DNA of 64,000 nt from Gammaproteobacteria bacterium (GTDB lineage: Bacteria > Pseudomonadota > Gammaproteobacteria > UBA4575): contig CBDCUI010000008.1 of NCBI GenBank assembly GCA_965222615.1, forward strand, positions 224,001-288,000, written 5' to 3'. Below are positions 61,651 to 64,000 of this stretch, in pieces (the stretch's first letter is position 1; each line of letters opens with the position of its first letter). Below the pieces are notes generated by a model, which saw only the letters and a program-made list of their open reading frames with translations, had not been told where the DNA came from and ran no database searches. Position numbers and translations under genes: made by a program.

Positions 61651-62964
61651 GTGAAAATTAGTATTTTTGGATTGGGCTATGTTGGTGTAGTCTCGGCCGG
61701 ATGTTTAGCAAATAATGGTCATGAGATAATAGGAATAGACCCGAATCAAACCAAAGTTGATTTAATAAATCAAGGAAAGTCACCCATAGTTGAAAAAGAC
61801 ATTGGAGAGATAATTTTCTCTGCCGTCAAGGAGAAAAAGTTACAGGCAACAAAAGATGTCAATGAAGCAATAAACAATACCGAGATTTCCCTTATTTGTG
61901 TTGGTACCCCAAGTCAAAGTAACGGTAATTTAGATCTTAAATATGTGCAAGGTGTATGTAAGCAGATCGGGACAACATTACGTGATAAAAATGAATTTCA
62001 TATCGTCGTTGCTCGAAGTACTATGCTACCAGGGAGTATGGTAAATACTGTAATTCCAACTTTAGAAAAAGCATCTGGGAAAAAAGCGGGTATCGATTTT
62101 GGAGTATGTAATAATCCAGAATTTTTAAGAGAAGGAACCGCAGTTCACGATTTTTATAATCCACCAAAGACAGTTATAGGAGAAAGTGACGAAAAAAGCG
62201 GGAATGCAGTTGCTGTGCTTTATAAAGATATAGATGCTCCTCTAATTCGTACAGATGTAAAAATAGCGGAAATGGTTAAATATGTTGACAATGTATGGCA
62301 TGCACTCAAGGTTGGGTTTGCAAATGAGATAGGAAATATTTGCAAACAACTAGAGCTTGATGGACATAAAGTGATGGATATTTTTTGTCAAGATCAAAAA
62401 TTAAACTTGTCTCCGTATTATCTTAAACCTGGTTATGCATTTGGTGGTTCTTGTTTACCAAAAGATGTTCGTGCGTTAGCATACAAAGCGCAAAGCCTTG
62501 ATCTAAATCTGCCAATCTTAAATGCGATACTTCCCAGTAATCAATTGCAGATAGAAAATGGGATAGGGATGGTTATTGAAGCTGGACATAAGAATATCGG
62601 GATACTTGGCATGAGCTTTAAGGCTGGCACCGATGATCTTAGAGAAAGTCCAATAGTAGAAATGATTGAGCGTCTATTGGGTAAAGGCTATGATATTCGT
62701 ATTTATGATCAAAATGTAAATATTGCTGCTTTGATGGGGGCTAACAGAGATTACATTCTTAATCACATTCCGCATATTTCTAAATTGCTATGTAAAACAC
62801 TTGATGAGGTTCTTGAGCATTCCAATACCGTTGTAATTGGAAATGGAGATGAAGCATTTAAAAATTTAAATGGTAAGCTAAATTCACAACAGGTGATAAT
62901 TGATCTTGTAAAAATTGCAGAGCTTGATGCGGCGGGGGGTCGTTATCATGGCATCTGTTGGTAA
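61651..62964 (+). CDS. algD: GDP-mannose 6-dehydrogenase-like nucleotide-sugar dehydrogenase
   Basis: MKISIFGLGYVG, CVGTPS, NPEFLREG, FGGSCLPKD, FKAGTDDLRESP and C-terminal GICW as in AlgD. Confidence 0.85.
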   Translation: MKISIFGLGYVGVVSAGCLANNGHEIIGIDPNQTKVDLINQGKSPIVEKDIGEIIFSAVKEKKLQATKDVNEAINNTEISLICVGTPSQSNGNLDLKYVQGVCKQIGTTLRDKNEFHIVVARSTMLPGSMVNTVIPTLEKASGKKAGIDFGVCNNPEFLREGTAVHDFYNPPKTVIGESDEKSGNAVAVLYKDIDAPLIRTDVKIAEMVKYVDNVWHALKVGFANEIGNICKQLELDGHKVMDIFCQDQKLNLSPYYLKPGYAFGGSCLPKDVRALAYKAQSLDLNLPILNAILPSNQLQIENGIGMVIEAGHKNIGILGMSFKAGTDDLRESPIVEMIERLLGKGYDIRIYDQNVNIAALMGANRDYILNHIPHISKLLCKTLDEVLEHSNTVVIGNGDEAFKNLNGKLNSQQVIIDLVKIAELDAAGGRYHGICW

Positions 62965-64000
62965 ACAAAGAAAAGTTCTCATTATTGTAGAAAACCTACC
63001 CGTACCATTTGATCGTAGAGTTTGGCAAGAGGCAACTACTTTACATAATTCAGGGTATCAGGTATCTATTATCTGCCCAAAGACTAAAGATTATTTCAAG
63101 GGTTTTGAGATTATTGACGGTATCTATATATATCGTCACCCACTTGTAATTGAGGCTAAAGGTGCATTTGGTTATGTGTTGGAGTACTCAATGGCTCTTT
63201 TTTGGCAGTTTATCCTCTCAATACGAGTGTCTGTGACACGTGGATTTGATGCCATACATGCCTGCAATCCTCCAGACAATATTTTTTTAATTGGTTTGAT
63301 TTTCAAATTATTTGGTAAAAAATTTTTATTTGATCATCATGATATTAATCCAGAGCTCTATGAGGCTAAGTTTGGGCGAAGAGATTTTTTTTATAAACTC
63401 ATGCTCTTATGGGAGAGATGGACGTTTCGAACTGCTGATGTCTCAATTGCGACAAATGAATCGTATAAAAAAATTGCCATACAAAGAGGTGGTATGGACA
63501 AAAATAAGGTATATGTTGTTCGAAGTGGGCCAAATTTGAATAGATTAAAAATCATGCCACCATCTAATCAGCTAAAGTGTGGACGAGATTATTTAGTTGG
63601 GTATGTTGGCGTGATGGGCAGGCAAGAAGGCATCGACTACTTACTTAGAACAGCACAGTATATTGTTCGAGAATTAAAGCGTACCGACATACATTTTGGT
63701 TTAGTGGGTGGCGGAACAGAACTGGGGAAAATGATGGATTATGCAAGAGAGTTAGAAGTAAACGAGTTTGTTACATTTACTGGAAGAGTCCCTGATGAAG
63801 AAATGTTGCGTATGCTCAATACGGCAGATGTATGCGTTAATCCTGATGTTGCCAATGAAATGAATGATAAATCGACTATGAATAAAGTCATGGAATATAT
63901 GGCACTTGGCAAACCTATTGTCCAATTTGATTTAACTGAAGGACGCTATTCAGCCAAAGAAGCATCACTTTATGCCAGGCATAATGATGAAAAGGATTTT
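62948..64000 (+). CDS. Glycosyltransferase family 4 (partial, runs off the window; absent from the ORF track)
   Basis: ATG 62948 overlapping the algD 3' end: MASVGKQRKVLIIVENLPVPFDRRVWQEA...HACNPPD...DHHD...STMNKVMEYMALGKPIVQFD. Confidence 0.9.
   Translation, partial: MASVGKQRKVLIIVENLPVPFDRRVWQEATTLHNSGYQVSIICPKTKDYFKGFEIIDGIYIYRHPLVIEAKGAFGYVLEYSMALFWQFILSIRVSVTRGFDAIHACNPPDNIFLIGLIFKLFGKKFLFDHHDINPELYEAKFGRRDFFYKLMLLWERWTFRTADVSIATNESYKKIAIQRGGMDKNKVYVVRSGPNLNRLKIMPPSNQLKCGRDYLVGYVGVMGRQEGIDYLLRTAQYIVRELKRTDIHFGLVGGGTELGKMMDYARELEVNEFVTFTGRVPDEEMLRMLNTADVCVNPDVANEMNDKSTMNKVMEYMALGKPIVQFDLTEGRYSAKEASLYARHNDEKDF

Noticed and set aside
61651-62964. Alginate biosynthesis operon
   Set aside because: Only an AlgD-like gene is present; no alg8/alg44/algK/algG-type genes.
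127-63539. Short (60-120 aa) overlapping or antisense ORFs in the track
   Set aside because: Nearly all lie within longer motif-supported genes on another frame or strand, and none shows a family motif.
1-64000. CRISPR array, tRNA/rRNA, transposase, integrase or prophage genes
   Set aside because: No regularly spaced repeats and no recognisable motifs for these were seen.

Overview
AT-rich bacterial (probably gammaproteobacterial) chromosomal segment. The first ~6 kb holds housekeeping and cofactor genes: cysG, a BCP peroxiredoxin, a cobalamin riboswitch ahead of btuB and a PduO-type adenosyltransferase, and a ROK sugar kinase. From ~6.4 kb to the window end runs one large (>57 kb, open-ended) surface-polysaccharide locus. 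It encodes an export module (short OPX/Wza, outer-membrane beta-barrel, split Wzc), a CDP-sugar/C-methyltransferase/DUF4910 cassette, Wzm/Wzt, a Wzy/ligase-like protein, 10 glycosyltransferases, nine sulfotransferase-family genes, AsnB, an AlgD-like dehydrogenase, two secreted SGNH esterases, two lyase-family proteins and a glycoside-hydrolase-like protein. The most notable observations are: (1) a probable heavily sulfated, glycosaminoglycan-like glycan pathway; (2) a minus-strand tailoring cassette with an ATP-grasp-like protein, a GNAT-glutaminyl cyclase fusion with a remodelled pocket and a PIG-L deacetylase, possibly installing pyroglutamyl-type groups; (3) a ~130-nt palindromic element inserted inside the cobalamin riboswitch; (4) an apparent ATT start codon on the ROK kinase; (5) a 414-bp perfect direct repeat inside a secreted esterase gene. 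All functional calls come from motif recognition by eye; no searches were run.
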